Numbered from the stretch's first letter, positions 8,348 through 17,829 are shown. The stretch: 18,485 nt of DNA from Candidatus Nanohaloarchaea archaeon (GCA_046497485.1 JAWOFP010000028.1:1-18485), one strand, 5' to 3'. Numbers and translations: made by a program. The notes: generated by a model from the letters alone, not told the origin.

Positions 8348-9448
8348 ATGAGGGAAAGAATCAAAAATATCAATTTATCGATCCGAAAGATTTCGGAAAA
8401 AGCAGGGAAACAGGAAGATATAGTACGATTTGATATTGGCCAACCAAGCTTCGACACCCCCGAACATGTCAAAGAAGCGGCCAAAAAAGGCCTGAAAAAC
8501 AAGCAAGGCTACTCTCCGATGCTAGGCCTGGAAGAACTGCGAAAAGAAATCGCAGAAGAAGAGTCAATGAAAGAAGGCCTAGAGATCGATTCTGAAGAAG
8601 TCATGGTCACGACAGGAGGCATGGGCGCGCTTTACGCCGTATTCGCAGCTAGATTAGGAAAAAAAGATAAAGCAGTTTTCAATGATCCGTGCTGGGGGCC
8701 TTACAAGATGATAAGCGAAGTATCCGAAAACGAATGGAGCCAAGTCCAGTACTGGGACGAAGACAGAAATCTTAGGCCTGAAGCAAAAGAAGAAATTAGA
8801 GAGGCTGATCTCTTAGTAGTCAATACGCCAGGAAATCCTACAGGCTATGTCTTGACAGAAGATCAGGCCCGAGAGATCGCAAAGTTCGCGGATGAACATG
8901 ATACTTTCCTTGTATCTGATGAAGTCTACCATAGACTGACTTATGATAAAGAGCATTATTCGCCGGCTTCTTACTCCTCGGATTACTGCATAATTGGTTC
9001 TATGTCGAAGAACCACGCGATGACAGGCTGGAGAACGGGTTGGGTAATCGACAGTCCTGAGAACATTGAACAGTATGCAAAGGTTTCCAGAGCTTCTACA
9101 GCTTGTCCGCCGAGAATCTCTCAGTATGCGGCGATCGAAGCACTACAAAACGACCGTCATGTCAAGGAGATGCAAGAGGCCTATCATGAGAGAAGAGATT
9201 TACTAGTTGAAAGAATGAATGATCTTGGCTGGGATTTTGTCGCTCCAGAGGGTGCGATCTATGCATTCCCGGAAGTAGGAGAGGACTCCTGGAACTTCTG
9301 CATGAGAATGATTGATGAAGGAGTAGCTATGGTGCCTGGAGAACCTATGGGGCCTGAAAGCGATAAGAAAGTCAGGATATGCTTTGGATCCACCACAAAA
9401 GAAGAAATCGAGAAAGCATTTGACAAACTTGAATCAGAGTTGAACTAA
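8348..9448 (+). CDS. PLP-dependent class I aminotransferase (aspartate/aromatic)
   Basis: GQPSFDTP, GYSPMLGLEELR, NTPGNPTG, SDEVY, SMSKNHAMTGWRTG (PLP lysine), VRICF. Start placed at ATG 8348, 2 nt after the pheA stop. Confidence 0.92.
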   Translation: MRERIKNINLSIRKISEKAGKQEDIVRFDIGQPSFDTPEHVKEAAKKGLKNKQGYSPMLGLEELRKEIAEEESMKEGLEIDSEEVMVTTGGMGALYAVFAARLGKKDKAVFNDPCWGPYKMISEVSENEWSQVQYWDEDRNLRPEAKEEIREADLLVVNTPGNPTGYVLTEDQAREIAKFADEHDTFLVSDEVYHRLTYDKEHYSPASYSSDYCIIGSMSKNHAMTGWRTGWVIDSPENIEQYAKVSRASTACPPRISQYAAIEALQNDRHVKEMQEAYHERRDLLVERMNDLGWDFVAPEGAIYAFPEVGEDSWNFCMRMIDEGVAMVPGEPMGPESDKKVRICFGSTTKEEIEKAFDKLESELN

Positions 9449-9451
9449 TTC

Positions 9452-9473
9452 ATGATAGATGAAAAAATTGCGA
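9452..9473 (+). repeat. Orphan copy of the tyrA 5' end (MIDEKIA)
   Basis: ATGATAGATGAAAAAATTGCGA versus TTGATTGATGAAAAGATTGCGA at 10301-10322: 19/22 identical, same encoded peptide. Confidence 0.8.
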
Positions 9474-10244
9474 CTAATGATTCCAATAGAAAATTATTCT
9501 GACATCTCTTAATTTATTTTCTCCTAATTTTTCTATAATATTCCAAATATCTTCCCAACTTTCTCCCAGCATCTCATTCATGCTTCTCCGCTCCAATCTT
9601 AACTTTCGATTGCCTTTAGTCAGCTCTTCTCCTTTTACAAGCTGTCTTACTTCTTTTGCATCTAATTCTAAACTTTCATCATCTGTGATCCAGTTTCGCG
9701 ACTCTTCTTCATTGCCTATCAGTAGCTTGAACGCATTTTGTAATTCACTTGGGTCATATCCATATCCTGAGGCCTCCATTTCATTTCTAATTTGGTTAAT
9801 TTTTGATTCTAGAACTTTCTGATTCCATTTAATCTGTTTTAGTTGATCATATGAGATATAGAATGCTGAATGCTCAAAATTCTTGTATAAATCTAAATCT
9901 ATAGCCCATAGTTTATTACCATAGGTAGACATAGAATCTTCTCCTGTTTTACTATAAATTAGGTCCTCAGTATTCACTTCTATATCTGAGAGGTCAATAT
10001 GTCCGAATCGCACAAATGAATAAATTGTAGCCCTAGTTTCAGGAGAAATATCATCTGGGAAACTATTGTATTTTGGTATCTCTGGGAAATAGTCCTTTTC
10101 AGAGTTTTTCCAGAAGACTTCCCTCAATTCCGATTGAGCTCCCGCTATCGGTTTTGTCTTTAGAACAAGTTCCCAGTTACAAGGATCATCGCGGAAATTG
10201 TACTTTGTTTCCACAAATCCATACAGGTAACCTCCCATAAACAT
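9474..10244 (-). CDS. Hypothetical protein inserted antisense within the Phe/Tyr operon
   Basis: 256-aa ORF, visibly AT-richer than its neighbours, opposite strand, bounded by the tyrA 5' duplication. Confidence 0.8.
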   Translation of the reverse strand: MFMGGYLYGFVETKYNFRDDPCNWELVLKTKPIAGAQSELREVFWKNSEKDYFPEIPKYNSFPDDISPETRATIYSFVRFGHIDLSDIEVNTEDLIYSKTGEDSMSTYGNKLWAIDLDLYKNFEHSAFYISYDQLKQIKWNQKVLESKINQIRNEMEASGYGYDPSELQNAFKLLIGNEEESRNWITDDESLELDAKEVRQLVKGEELTKGNRKLRLERRSMNEMLGESWEDIWNIIEKLGENKLRDVRIIFYWNH

Positions 10245-10300
10245 AAGCGTTATTTGAACAATTAAATTTATTCAGGAGAAATATTTCTTGGTAATCTATT

Positions 10301-11155
10301 TTGATTGATGAAAAGATTGCGATTGTCGGGGGTACAGGAAAATTCGGCCAACACTTAGGCAGAGAACTGGAAAAAGATAACGAAATAGTTATTTCAGGTA
10401 AAACTATTGATCAGGCCTCGGAAGTCGCGGAAGAATATGGGTGGGGTTACGGTGAGAGCAAAGAAATTGTAAAAGATGCAGATATAGTGATTATCGCTGT
10501 GCCGATCGCCGTAACTGTGGAAGTTATACATGAAGTCGGGCCTCATGTTCCGGAAGATGCATTACTCTGTGATATCACTAGTGTGAAGAAGAAACCGGTT
10601 GAAGCTATGAAGGAATACTCTGATGAGGTTCTGGGGATGCATCCGATGTATGCGCCGAGTAACTCGATTAAAGGCCAGAAAATAGTCTTATGCCCTGAAA
10701 AAGGGGAGAAATGGACTTTGATGGAGACTTTCTGGATGGACAATGGCGCAGACATTCATGTAACTGAGCCCGAAAGCCATGACAAGGCAATGAGCCTTGT
10801 ACAAGGCCTAATGCATTTCTCAGAACTTGTAGTAGCAGAGACAATCAGGAAGGCAGACATGACTGGAAGCGACATGGAAGAATACTCTTCACCAGTCTAC
10901 CAGTTGATCACTGATTTAACAGCTAGAATGCTGAATCAGAAGCCAGGCCTCTATGGCAGTATTCAGGCAGAGAATCCTGAAAATGAGAAAATTAGAGAAT
11001 CATTCATTGAATCAGCCGAAGATATTAGAGAATTGATAGGTGATTATGAGGCCTTTGCAGAAAAGTTTGAAGAATTAGGTGAAGAATTTGACTTGGAAGG
11101 GGCTCAGAATCGGACTGATCTAGTGATTGAGTTTCTGTCAGATGAGGTCAGATAA
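10301..11155 (+). CDS. tyrA: Prephenate/arogenate dehydrogenase
   Basis: IAIVGGTGKFG Rossmann motif, DIVIIAVP, DITSVK, GMHPMY, HDKAMSLVQGLMH. TTG start. Confidence 0.93.
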   Translation: MIDEKIAIVGGTGKFGQHLGRELEKDNEIVISGKTIDQASEVAEEYGWGYGESKEIVKDADIVIIAVPIAVTVEVIHEVGPHVPEDALLCDITSVKKKPVEAMKEYSDEVLGMHPMYAPSNSIKGQKIVLCPEKGEKWTLMETFWMDNGADIHVTEPESHDKAMSLVQGLMHFSELVVAETIRKADMTGSDMEEYSSPVYQLITDLTARMLNQKPGLYGSIQAENPENEKIRESFIESAEDIRELIGDYEAFAEKFEELGEEFDLEGAQNRTDLVIEFLSDEVR

Positions 11156-11182
11156 TTAAAGCTGGACCTCTAGGTTTTCAGT

Positions 11183-11470
11183 ATGGTAGACAGCTCACTA
11201 GATGAAGCAAGGCAGAATATCGACAAAATAAATAATGAGATAGTTGATAAAGTCGATGAGAGAATGTCAGAAGTCCTTAGAATCGTGAAGTATAAAGAAG
11301 AAAACGATATGGATGTAAAGGATGAGGACCGTGAAGAGGCCGTTGTGAAGCAGTTTGCGGATCGTTTTGAGGAAGCTGAGCTTCCGCGTGAGAGAGGCCG
11401 ACAGCTTGGAAGATTATTGATTGATACCGCTGTAGATCTTGAAAGAGATATGATAGGTAAAAAAGAGTAG
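11183..11470 (+). CDS. aroQ: Chorismate mutase (AroQ type)
   Basis: LDEARQNIDKINNEIV...ER......I..YK......D.DRE pattern; position next to tyrA. Confidence 0.85.
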   Translation: MVDSSLDEARQNIDKINNEIVDKVDERMSEVLRIVKYKEENDMDVKDEDREEAVVKQFADRFEEAELPRERGRQLGRLLIDTAVDLERDMIGKKE

Positions 11471-11478
11471 GCCTTATT

Positions 11479-13530
11479 TTACCAGTCGTCTTTTGAGGCG
11501 CAGTCAGGATCTATACACATAGAATAATCCTTATTATTTTTCCTTTCCACAAAGATCATTGGCTTGCCGCAGGTCTCACACTCTTTATCAGAAGAGTTGA
11601 TGGTGCCGTTATTAGGCAGAGGGTAAGTGTTTTCACAATCAGGGTAGTTTGTACATCCTACAAATCTGCTTCCGTTAGTCTTGATAATCTGTAATATTCC
11701 GTCTTCTCGGTCTTCTTCCTCGCATTTGTCGCAAGGCCCTAACTTTCTCTTCCGGTTCCTTTCAGCGTCAATAGTCTCAACTAACTCAGCTCCAATCTCC
11801 TTTTGTTTTTCCTTGAACTCTCTTAGAACTTCTCCAAGATTATTCTCTGCTTCACTCAATACTTCAGGCCTGGTATTCTCGCCCGACCGGATATTATCCA
11901 TTTTTGTCTCGAAATCTCTAGTAAGATCCTGTGAGACAACTTCTGCACAGTACTTTTCCAGCACATTTACAATGGAGAGGCCTAACTTGGTAACCTCTAT
12001 AGGATCATTTTCGATATAGTCTCGGTTGTATAATCTATCTACAATCTGTGCTCTCGTCGCTTTTGTGCCTAAGTCTCTTTTTTCTAGTTCTGAGACAATC
12101 CCGGACTGAGAGTATCTTCTTGGCGGCTTGGTCTCTTTCTCCATTTTCTCAAATTCATCGACATCGAGTTCTTGTCCTTCTTCAAGTTCAGGTAGTTCGG
12201 CCTCTTCTACACGGACATATGGATCATAGAGATCAAACCAGTTTCTCTCCAAAGTGATTTTTGACTTGGCTTTGAAATCATAACCTAGCACATCAAGCGT
12301 CATTGTGATGCTCTGTCTCTGAGCGGCTTTTCCGAACACTGCAAGGAATCTCTTTACAATTAAATCATAAACTTTTCTCTCTTTCTTTGAAAGGTTTCCA
12401 GGTTGCTCTCCTGTAGGATAGATCGCTGGATGCGCGTCATCCTCTTTTTTACCTTGCTTTGGAGAAACTTTGTCCTTGTTCAAGACTTTTTTAGCAAGCT
12501 TAGTATAGTTATCCTGATTCTTAATTTTCTTCAGCAAGTTTTTGTAGCCTAGAGACGGAGGCAGTTTCTGAGACTCAGTACGAGGATAGGAAATCAAACC
12601 ATTTTCATAGAGAGTCTGAGCAATTGCTTGAGTCTGCTTAGGATTGATATTGAACTGTGATGAGGCCTCGCTCTGCAGATCGGTCAAATTAAAAGGCACG
12701 GGAACTTTATGCTTGTAGTTTCGTGTGTCTACATCGGTTACACGGGTTTTTTCCTCTCCTTCAACAGTCACGTAGATCTGTTCAGCAGTCTCTTCGTCCC
12801 AGATCCGGTCTTCATCATCGTGTTCTAGCTGGGCCTCAATCTCTGAGTTTCTCAAATAGATTTCCCAGTAAGGATCGGGCTCGAACTCCATAATCGATCT
12901 TTCTTTCTCAGCGAGCATCGCCAACGCAGGGCCTTGCACCCGACCCGTAGAAAGGGTCTTGTAACGGTCATTTGATCTAACTGCTTTCATTAAGGCTCTT
13001 GAAACATTAATACCGTAGTAAAAGTCCAGTACATGCCTAGTAAGGCCTGCTTCTGTCATGCCTTTATCAAAAGATTCAAGATTGTCGTATGCATCCTCTA
13101 AATCGCTAGCTGTGAGTGTGGAGAACTTCATCCTCTTAATTCTGTCGTCAGAGGCCTCAGTCAAATGTTTAATAACATTTGCACCGATTACGCTGCCTTC
13201 TAAATCGTAGTCGCAGGCGTTAATGTATTCATCTGCTTTATCCAGTTGGTCCTTCAGATTGTTGTAGTATTTCTTCATGTAGTCGGCTGAGTCGCTGGTC
13301 TCGAAAGTTGGAACCCATTCAACATCGAAGACGGGGTAGTCCCAGGAATCACTTTTGTCATTCAAATTGAATATATGACCTACCGCTGGAGCAATAATAA
13401 CTTTGTCGCCATCAATCTCCAAAATATAGTTTTTGACGCCTCTATTTTCTTCAATAGAATAATTTCCCAGGGCTTGGGCGAGTCTAGAAGCAACTTTAGG
13501 CTTCTCTCCAACCATCACTGTAGTAGCCAT
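11479..13530 (-). CDS. topA: DNA topoisomerase IA
   Basis: TOPRIM GEKPKVA...ACDYDLEGS, STGRVQGP, catalytic ISYPRTES, AHPAIYPT, LGTKATR, C-terminal Zn ribbons. Start moved to MATTVMV (13530). Confidence 0.96.
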   Translation of the reverse strand: MATTVMVGEKPKVASRLAQALGNYSIEENRGVKNYILEIDGDKVIIAPAVGHIFNLNDKSDSWDYPVFDVEWVPTFETSDSADYMKKYYNNLKDQLDKADEYINACDYDLEGSVIGANVIKHLTEASDDRIKRMKFSTLTASDLEDAYDNLESFDKGMTEAGLTRHVLDFYYGINVSRALMKAVRSNDRYKTLSTGRVQGPALAMLAEKERSIMEFEPDPYWEIYLRNSEIEAQLEHDDEDRIWDEETAEQIYVTVEGEEKTRVTDVDTRNYKHKVPVPFNLTDLQSEASSQFNINPKQTQAIAQTLYENGLISYPRTESQKLPPSLGYKNLLKKIKNQDNYTKLAKKVLNKDKVSPKQGKKEDDAHPAIYPTGEQPGNLSKKERKVYDLIVKRFLAVFGKAAQRQSITMTLDVLGYDFKAKSKITLERNWFDLYDPYVRVEEAELPELEEGQELDVDEFEKMEKETKPPRRYSQSGIVSELEKRDLGTKATRAQIVDRLYNRDYIENDPIEVTKLGLSIVNVLEKYCAEVVSQDLTRDFETKMDNIRSGENTRPEVLSEAENNLGEVLREFKEKQKEIGAELVETIDAERNRKRKLGPCDKCEEEDREDGILQIIKTNGSRFVGCTNYPDCENTYPLPNNGTINSSDKECETCGKPMIFVERKNNKDYSMCIDPDCASKDDW

Positions 13531-13622
13531 AAATACGGAATTAATTTTTGTTGTTTTAAAATAAGTGTGAATTAATATTGTGCAACGTAACATTTATATT
13601 TACTCTAGGGTAGCTAAAAATT

Positions 13623-13871
13623 ATGCCGCAGCCAGAGAATATTCGCCCCCGTTATGATAATGATGATGAAAAAATAGCTCACAATACCTTAAATTTAGAT
13701 ATATATGAGTCTGAGGAAGCAACAAGAGTAATCAGTTGCAGAAACAATGAATGGGTTCCTGACTCAGATGATATACATTCTTACCAAAACCATGACGGAG
13801 ATTGGGAAAATGACTATGACCATAATTTCGGGCTTTCTGAAGATTCGAGAGAATTATTAGAAGAAATTTAA
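13623..13871 (+). CDS. Small acidic hypothetical protein
   Basis: 82-aa ORF divergent from topA with halophile-like composition. Confidence 0.55.
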   Translation: MPQPENIRPRYDNDDEKIAHNTLNLDIYESEEATRVISCRNNEWVPDSDDIHSYQNHDGDWENDYDHNFGLSEDSRELLEEI

Positions 13872-13904
13872 AAAAGAAAAAGAGAATGAAATTCTGTACA
13901 AGCC

Positions 13905-14123
13905 TTAATTATTCATTATTCCTGCCAGAATTGTTGAAGCCACTAAAATCGTCGCTGAAAGCACTACAAAGTCTGCGCTTGGCTGCTCTATACCAGCTAA
14001 TGCTGCTCCCTGCACCACTACAAATACTGTGACGAAGAATGTCACGATAGCAAGGAGAATCATGACTGCGAAAGCCACTACATTACCTACCAGGCCTTGA
14101 AGCACATCTACTATATCGGACAT
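13905..14123 (-). CDS. Small two-TM membrane protein
   Basis: 72 aa with two hydrophobic helices. SD-like AGGTGA upstream. Confidence 0.75.
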   Translation of the reverse strand: MSDIVDVLQGLVGNVVAFAVMILLAIVTFFVTVFVVVQGAALAGIEQPSADFVVLSATILVASTILAGIMNN

Positions 14124-14161
14124 AATTTAATTCACCTAACAGTTATTTGGACTCAGGGCTT

Positions 14162-15430
14162 TTATTCCAACTCCAAGTACTCCTGTCCGCCCATATAACT
14201 CTGCAAGGCCTCAGGAATCCTAACTCCATTCTCAGTCTGATTGTTTTCAATAATCGCAGTCATGATTCTGGAAGTCGCACAAGCTGTCGCATTCAAGGTA
14301 TGAGCAACTTCGTTCTCATCGCCTTTTCTAATCCTGACATTGACCTTTCGAGCCTGATAATCAGTACAGTTCGAGCATGATACAATCTCTCCATACTCTC
14401 CAAGCGGAGGCCTCCAAACCTCAATATCATACTTCTTCGCAGCGTTATCATTCATGTCTCCAGTACATACATTTACGACTCTGTAAGGAAGATCTAATCT
14501 CTTAGTAACTTCCTCAGAATTTCTAAGAAGTTCTTCATGCATATCCCAGCTATTCTCGGGTTTACAGAATATGTACTGCTCTACTTTTTCGAACTGATGG
14601 ACTCTCCAAATCCCTCGAGTCTGCTGGCCGTGCTTACCGGCTTCCTGTCTAAAGTTAGTGGAAAAGCCGGCATACTTTTTCGGGAAGTCCTCTTCAAGCA
14701 GCAGATCATCTTTATGTAAAGTGGCTAAGGTCTGTTCCGAGGTCGCAATCAAGTATTTATCCTCATCCTCAATTTTGTAGAGCTGTTCCTCGAAGTCCTC
14801 TAATTCGGCTGCAGCACTCATAGCTTCATAATTCAGCATGTAAGGAGTCTGCATAGGAGTAAAGCCTTTCTCCCTCAGAATATCCATGGAAAACTGGATC
14901 AAGGCCTGATTCAATCTGAAAAGATCTCCCTTCAGATAGTAGGCTCTCTCACCTGCATTTTCAGCAGCCGTCTCGGAATGAATCAAATTATTTTCATCAA
15001 TTATATCGGCAGCAAGCCTTGCGTCTTCAACCTTTCCGCCTTCTGGTTCCCAAGTCTTAATCTCTTTATTATCGTGTTCATCTTCTCCTTGAGGAACTGA
15101 TTCATGCAGAATATTCCCGATCTCAAATCTCAATTCATCTCTCTCCTGTTTCAAGGCCTCTACTTCATCTTCAAGCTCGGAAATCTCTTCCTTAACTTCC
15201 GACATTCTCTCAATCTTATCCTCAGCGTCTTCTCCTGACTGCTTAAGCTCAGCGATTTCATCGCCTACACGGTTCCGCTCAGCTCTAAGCTCCTCGACTT
15301 TCTGAAGCTTTTCACGCCATTCTTCATCAAGATTTACTACCTCTTCTACTTTTTCAGGGTTCTTACCTCTTCTCTCCTCAGAGGCCTTAATCTCCTCAGG
15401 ATTCTCACGGAAAAGTTCAATATCAAGCAT
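14162..15430 (-). CDS. serS: Seryl-tRNA synthetase (bacterial/standard type)
   Basis: MLDIELFREN start, N-terminal coiled coil, LIATSE, motif 2 FRQEAGKHG...GIWRVHQFEKVEQ, EIVSCSNCTDYQAR, HTLNAT. Confidence 0.97.
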   Translation of the reverse strand: MLDIELFRENPEEIKASEERRGKNPEKVEEVVNLDEEWREKLQKVEELRAERNRVGDEIAELKQSGEDAEDKIERMSEVKEEISELEDEVEALKQERDELRFEIGNILHESVPQGEDEHDNKEIKTWEPEGGKVEDARLAADIIDENNLIHSETAAENAGERAYYLKGDLFRLNQALIQFSMDILREKGFTPMQTPYMLNYEAMSAAAELEDFEEQLYKIEDEDKYLIATSEQTLATLHKDDLLLEEDFPKKYAGFSTNFRQEAGKHGQQTRGIWRVHQFEKVEQYIFCKPENSWDMHEELLRNSEEVTKRLDLPYRVVNVCTGDMNDNAAKKYDIEVWRPPLGEYGEIVSCSNCTDYQARKVNVRIRKGDENEVAHTLNATACATSRIMTAIIENNQTENGVRIPEALQSYMGGQEYLELE

Positions 15431-15465
15431 AATTAACGCCTTGTAAAGAAAGTTTTAACTCTAAC

Positions 15466-15523
15466 AGGTTTTGAATCAATGTTCAAAATGCGGCCGGCTG
15501 GAAAAACATCCACCTTTCATTGT
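15466..15523 (-). promoter_or_regulatory. Conserved leader element upstream of serS; uORF MKGGCFSSRPHFEH (15520..15476)
   Basis: ACAATGAAAGGTGGATGTTTTT (15523-15502) is 21/22 identical to the element upstream of tyrS. Second shared block TTCAAAACCT (15475-15466). TTTTTAA about 30 nt upstream of the ATG. Confidence 0.7.
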
Positions 15524-15546
15524 AAATTATAATTCCAGATAAATAG

Positions 15547-15930
15547 TTAAAAATCTGCTCCTTCTAACTCAAGCAACTTTTTCTTGAGACCAAGGCCTCC
15601 ACTATAACCGCCTAAAGCGTTCTTACCAACTACTCGGTGACATGGCACAATAATTGGAACAGGATTACGGCCGCAGGCCTGGCCAACAGCTATCGGAGCA
15701 GTACCTAAAGAATCAGAGATCTCACCGTAAGATCTAGTTTCACCATAAGGAATCTTAATCATTTCTCGCATAACTCTGCCTGTAAAACTGTCTGGAAAAA
15801 CTAGTGCTAGATCAAAAGCCTTTCTCTCAGCTTTACTGTATTCCTCTACTTGTCTTCTAATTTCTTCTTCTGAGGCCTCTATAATGTTTTCATCTACTGA
15901 GGTTTCTTTATCAAAAATATTAATCCTCAT
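15547..15930 (-). CDS. ogt: Methylated-DNA--protein-cysteine methyltransferase
   Basis: IPYGETRSYG, AVGQACGRNPVPIIVPCHRVV, LGGYSGG...K..LLELEG. Start at ATG 15930 overlaps the upstream TGA (ATGA). Confidence 0.93.
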   Translation of the reverse strand: MRINIFDKETSVDENIIEASEEEIRRQVEEYSKAERKAFDLALVFPDSFTGRVMREMIKIPYGETRSYGEISDSLGTAPIAVGQACGRNPVPIIVPCHRVVGKNALGGYSGGLGLKKKLLELEGADF

Positions 15931-16667
15931 TTTTCTACTATCCAAATCATCTCCTGTTTTGAATCTTCCAGCTCTTCAAGATCAAAGCCTCCATAGACTT
16001 CCCAGTCGCTGAAACTAGAATTTTCGAGCAAAAGTTCGAATTCAGTCCTTGTTATCATCTTGGTATTTGCTTTTGAGCTCCATTTTTCTTCTCCATCTTT
16101 TACTAGTTTTTTCTCGAACTCTATTATCCAGTTCACCGAGTCGATCATTTCAACATTTTCTACAAGAGTATATTCGCCATCCTGAATTTCTCTTGTTTTT
16201 TCTTTACCGTAATTTTCAGCGATGAAATCAATGTCAGGACTGTAAAAGTTCAAAATCAGTTTCCCATCATCTTCTAGATGTCTATAGATTGAATCAAGTG
16301 TTGACAACTGATCTTCGATTGTCAGATTATGCAGGAAACTTCTGTAAGGAATTATAATCAATGAGAATTTTTCATCAAGATTAAAGTCTCTCATATCCTC
16401 TTGAGAAACATCGGGATTAAGACTTCTTTTCTCAGCTTTTTCTCTAAGCTTCTCTAGCATCTCTTCCGAAAGATCGATTCCATAGGCCTCTACGCCCTCT
16501 TCCAACATCTGGAGGTAGATTCTTCCGGTTCCACAGGCGACTTCTAGAACTTTTCCGTCAGTCTCTTTCGCTCTCTCAACATAAAAATCTATGTCATTGC
16601 CGTCGTTGTTCTCTTGAGATACTATATCGTATAGGTCGGCGTAATCCTTCACATCTTCGTAGGGCAT
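15927..16667 (-). CDS. Class I SAM-dependent methyltransferase
   Basis: VLEVACGTGR (motif I), GIDLSEEML, DMRDF, HLEDDGKLI. Confidence 0.9.
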   Translation of the reverse strand: MPYEDVKDYADLYDIVSQENNDGNDIDFYVERAKETDGKVLEVACGTGRIYLQMLEEGVEAYGIDLSEEMLEKLREKAEKRSLNPDVSQEDMRDFNLDEKFSLIIIPYRSFLHNLTIEDQLSTLDSIYRHLEDDGKLILNFYSPDIDFIAENYGKEKTREIQDGEYTLVENVEMIDSVNWIIEFEKKLVKDGEEKWSSKANTKMITRTEFELLLENSSFSDWEVYGGFDLEELEDSKQEMIWIVEK

Positions 16668-16719
16668 AATAACGAATTAGAAAAGGTATAAAGAAAAATG
16701 TGGTTGTTTCCTCAAGCCT

Positions 16720-17766
16720 CTAACTCCACTCCTCTTTTTCAGGATAAGCCCTTTCCAGTAACTCATCTTCGTCTTCAAACCTTTCTCTGATAGGCCTGAG
16801 GATGTTTGCGAGCTCTTTGCCGGTAGCTTCTTTTAAGTCTTGAGGGTGAAGCTCCTCAGAAACGAAATCTTCCTTCAAGTCCTCATAACTCGAGTATTCA
16901 AGGTCGCCTCCGTATTTTTCAGGTCTCTCAACTACAAAGTTCTCTCCGTCCTGTTCGAGGATCGGGAAAATCAAGTAATTTAGGTATTCTAGGACTCCAT
17001 TATCCTCTACTTCTCCTTGAGGGCAGTAGGCCTCGTTGATTTTTTCACTGACATCTTCTTCAGTGTCATGGATACTGATCTTCGAGTTTTCATCTGATGC
17101 ACTCATCTTTCCGCCTGTCAGGCCTGAAAGCAGAGGTGCGAATATGCTTGTCGGCTTTTTCTCTCCAATATCTGGCAGAACTTCTCTGGCGAGCATATAG
17201 ATTCTTCTCTGATCTCTTCCGCCGTAGGCAACGTCCACATCTAGACCTGGAGATGCGCAGTCCATTATCTGCATCGCGCTATAAAGCAGTCCTGAGGCCT
17301 TCATACCGTCGCTGTTTCTAACTACTTCGTTTACAGATCTCTGCATCCTGTTGACTGTGGCTTCTTCCATGATCTTCATGTAGCCTTTCTGGTATTCGGG
17401 ATCGTGCTGGAACTCGCTACCTCTGACAAACTCAATATCGTTTTCATCTATGCCTGAGGCTTCCAGCATCCCCTGAATGGCCTTTCTGTAGTACTCTGTT
17501 CTTGCGTCGACCAGTTTACGCGGTGATTTCTCTATGTCTAACTCTGCGTGTATATCCGCCAAAAGGAACTTGAAAGTGAATCCAGACTCCACGAAATCAG
17601 CGATCTTTCTGACTGTGGTGAAATGCCCTATGTGCATGGTTCCTGTCGGGGCGTATCCAATGTATGCGACAGGATTGTCTTTGTCAAGAATTCCTTCGAT
17701 TTCGTCCTCTGTTATTGTTTCAGCGGTGTTCCGCAGAAGCAGTTCTTTGCGTTCATTATTATCCAT
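16720..17766 (-). CDS. tyrS: Tyrosyl-tRNA synthetase (archaeal type)
   Basis: AYIGYAPTGTMHIGH (HIGH), LLADIHA, LYSAMQIMD, GGRDQR, KMSAS (KMSKS), AYCP, LHPQDLK. Confidence 0.95.
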   Translation of the reverse strand: MDNNERKELLLRNTAETITEDEIEGILDKDNPVAYIGYAPTGTMHIGHFTTVRKIADFVESGFTFKFLLADIHAELDIEKSPRKLVDARTEYYRKAIQGMLEASGIDENDIEFVRGSEFQHDPEYQKGYMKIMEEATVNRMQRSVNEVVRNSDGMKASGLLYSAMQIMDCASPGLDVDVAYGGRDQRRIYMLAREVLPDIGEKKPTSIFAPLLSGLTGGKMSASDENSKISIHDTEEDVSEKINEAYCPQGEVEDNGVLEYLNYLIFPILEQDGENFVVERPEKYGGDLEYSSYEDLKEDFVSEELHPQDLKEATGKELANILRPIRERFEDEDELLERAYPEKEEWS

Positions 17767-17829
17767 TATTTTGATCTACCTGTGAATTGGTTGGGAGAGA
17801 ACGCTTAAAGATTTAGAGCTGAATTTAGA

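Noticed and set aside
9452..10322. Treating the insert as an IS element, intron or intein
   Set aside because: No transposase, integrase or homing-endonuclease motifs, no terminal inverted repeats, and downstream tyrA is complete without splicing.
13531..13593. N-terminal extension of topA (MLRCTILIH...)
   Set aside because: AT-rich promoter-like sequence; the TOPRIM domain begins at MATTVMVGEKP.
15927..16667. The SAM methyltransferase as the DNA methylase behind the AGGCCT enrichment
   Set aside because: It lacks the PC (m5C) and DPPY/NPPY/SPPY (amino-MTase) catalytic motifs and looks like a small-molecule class I methyltransferase.
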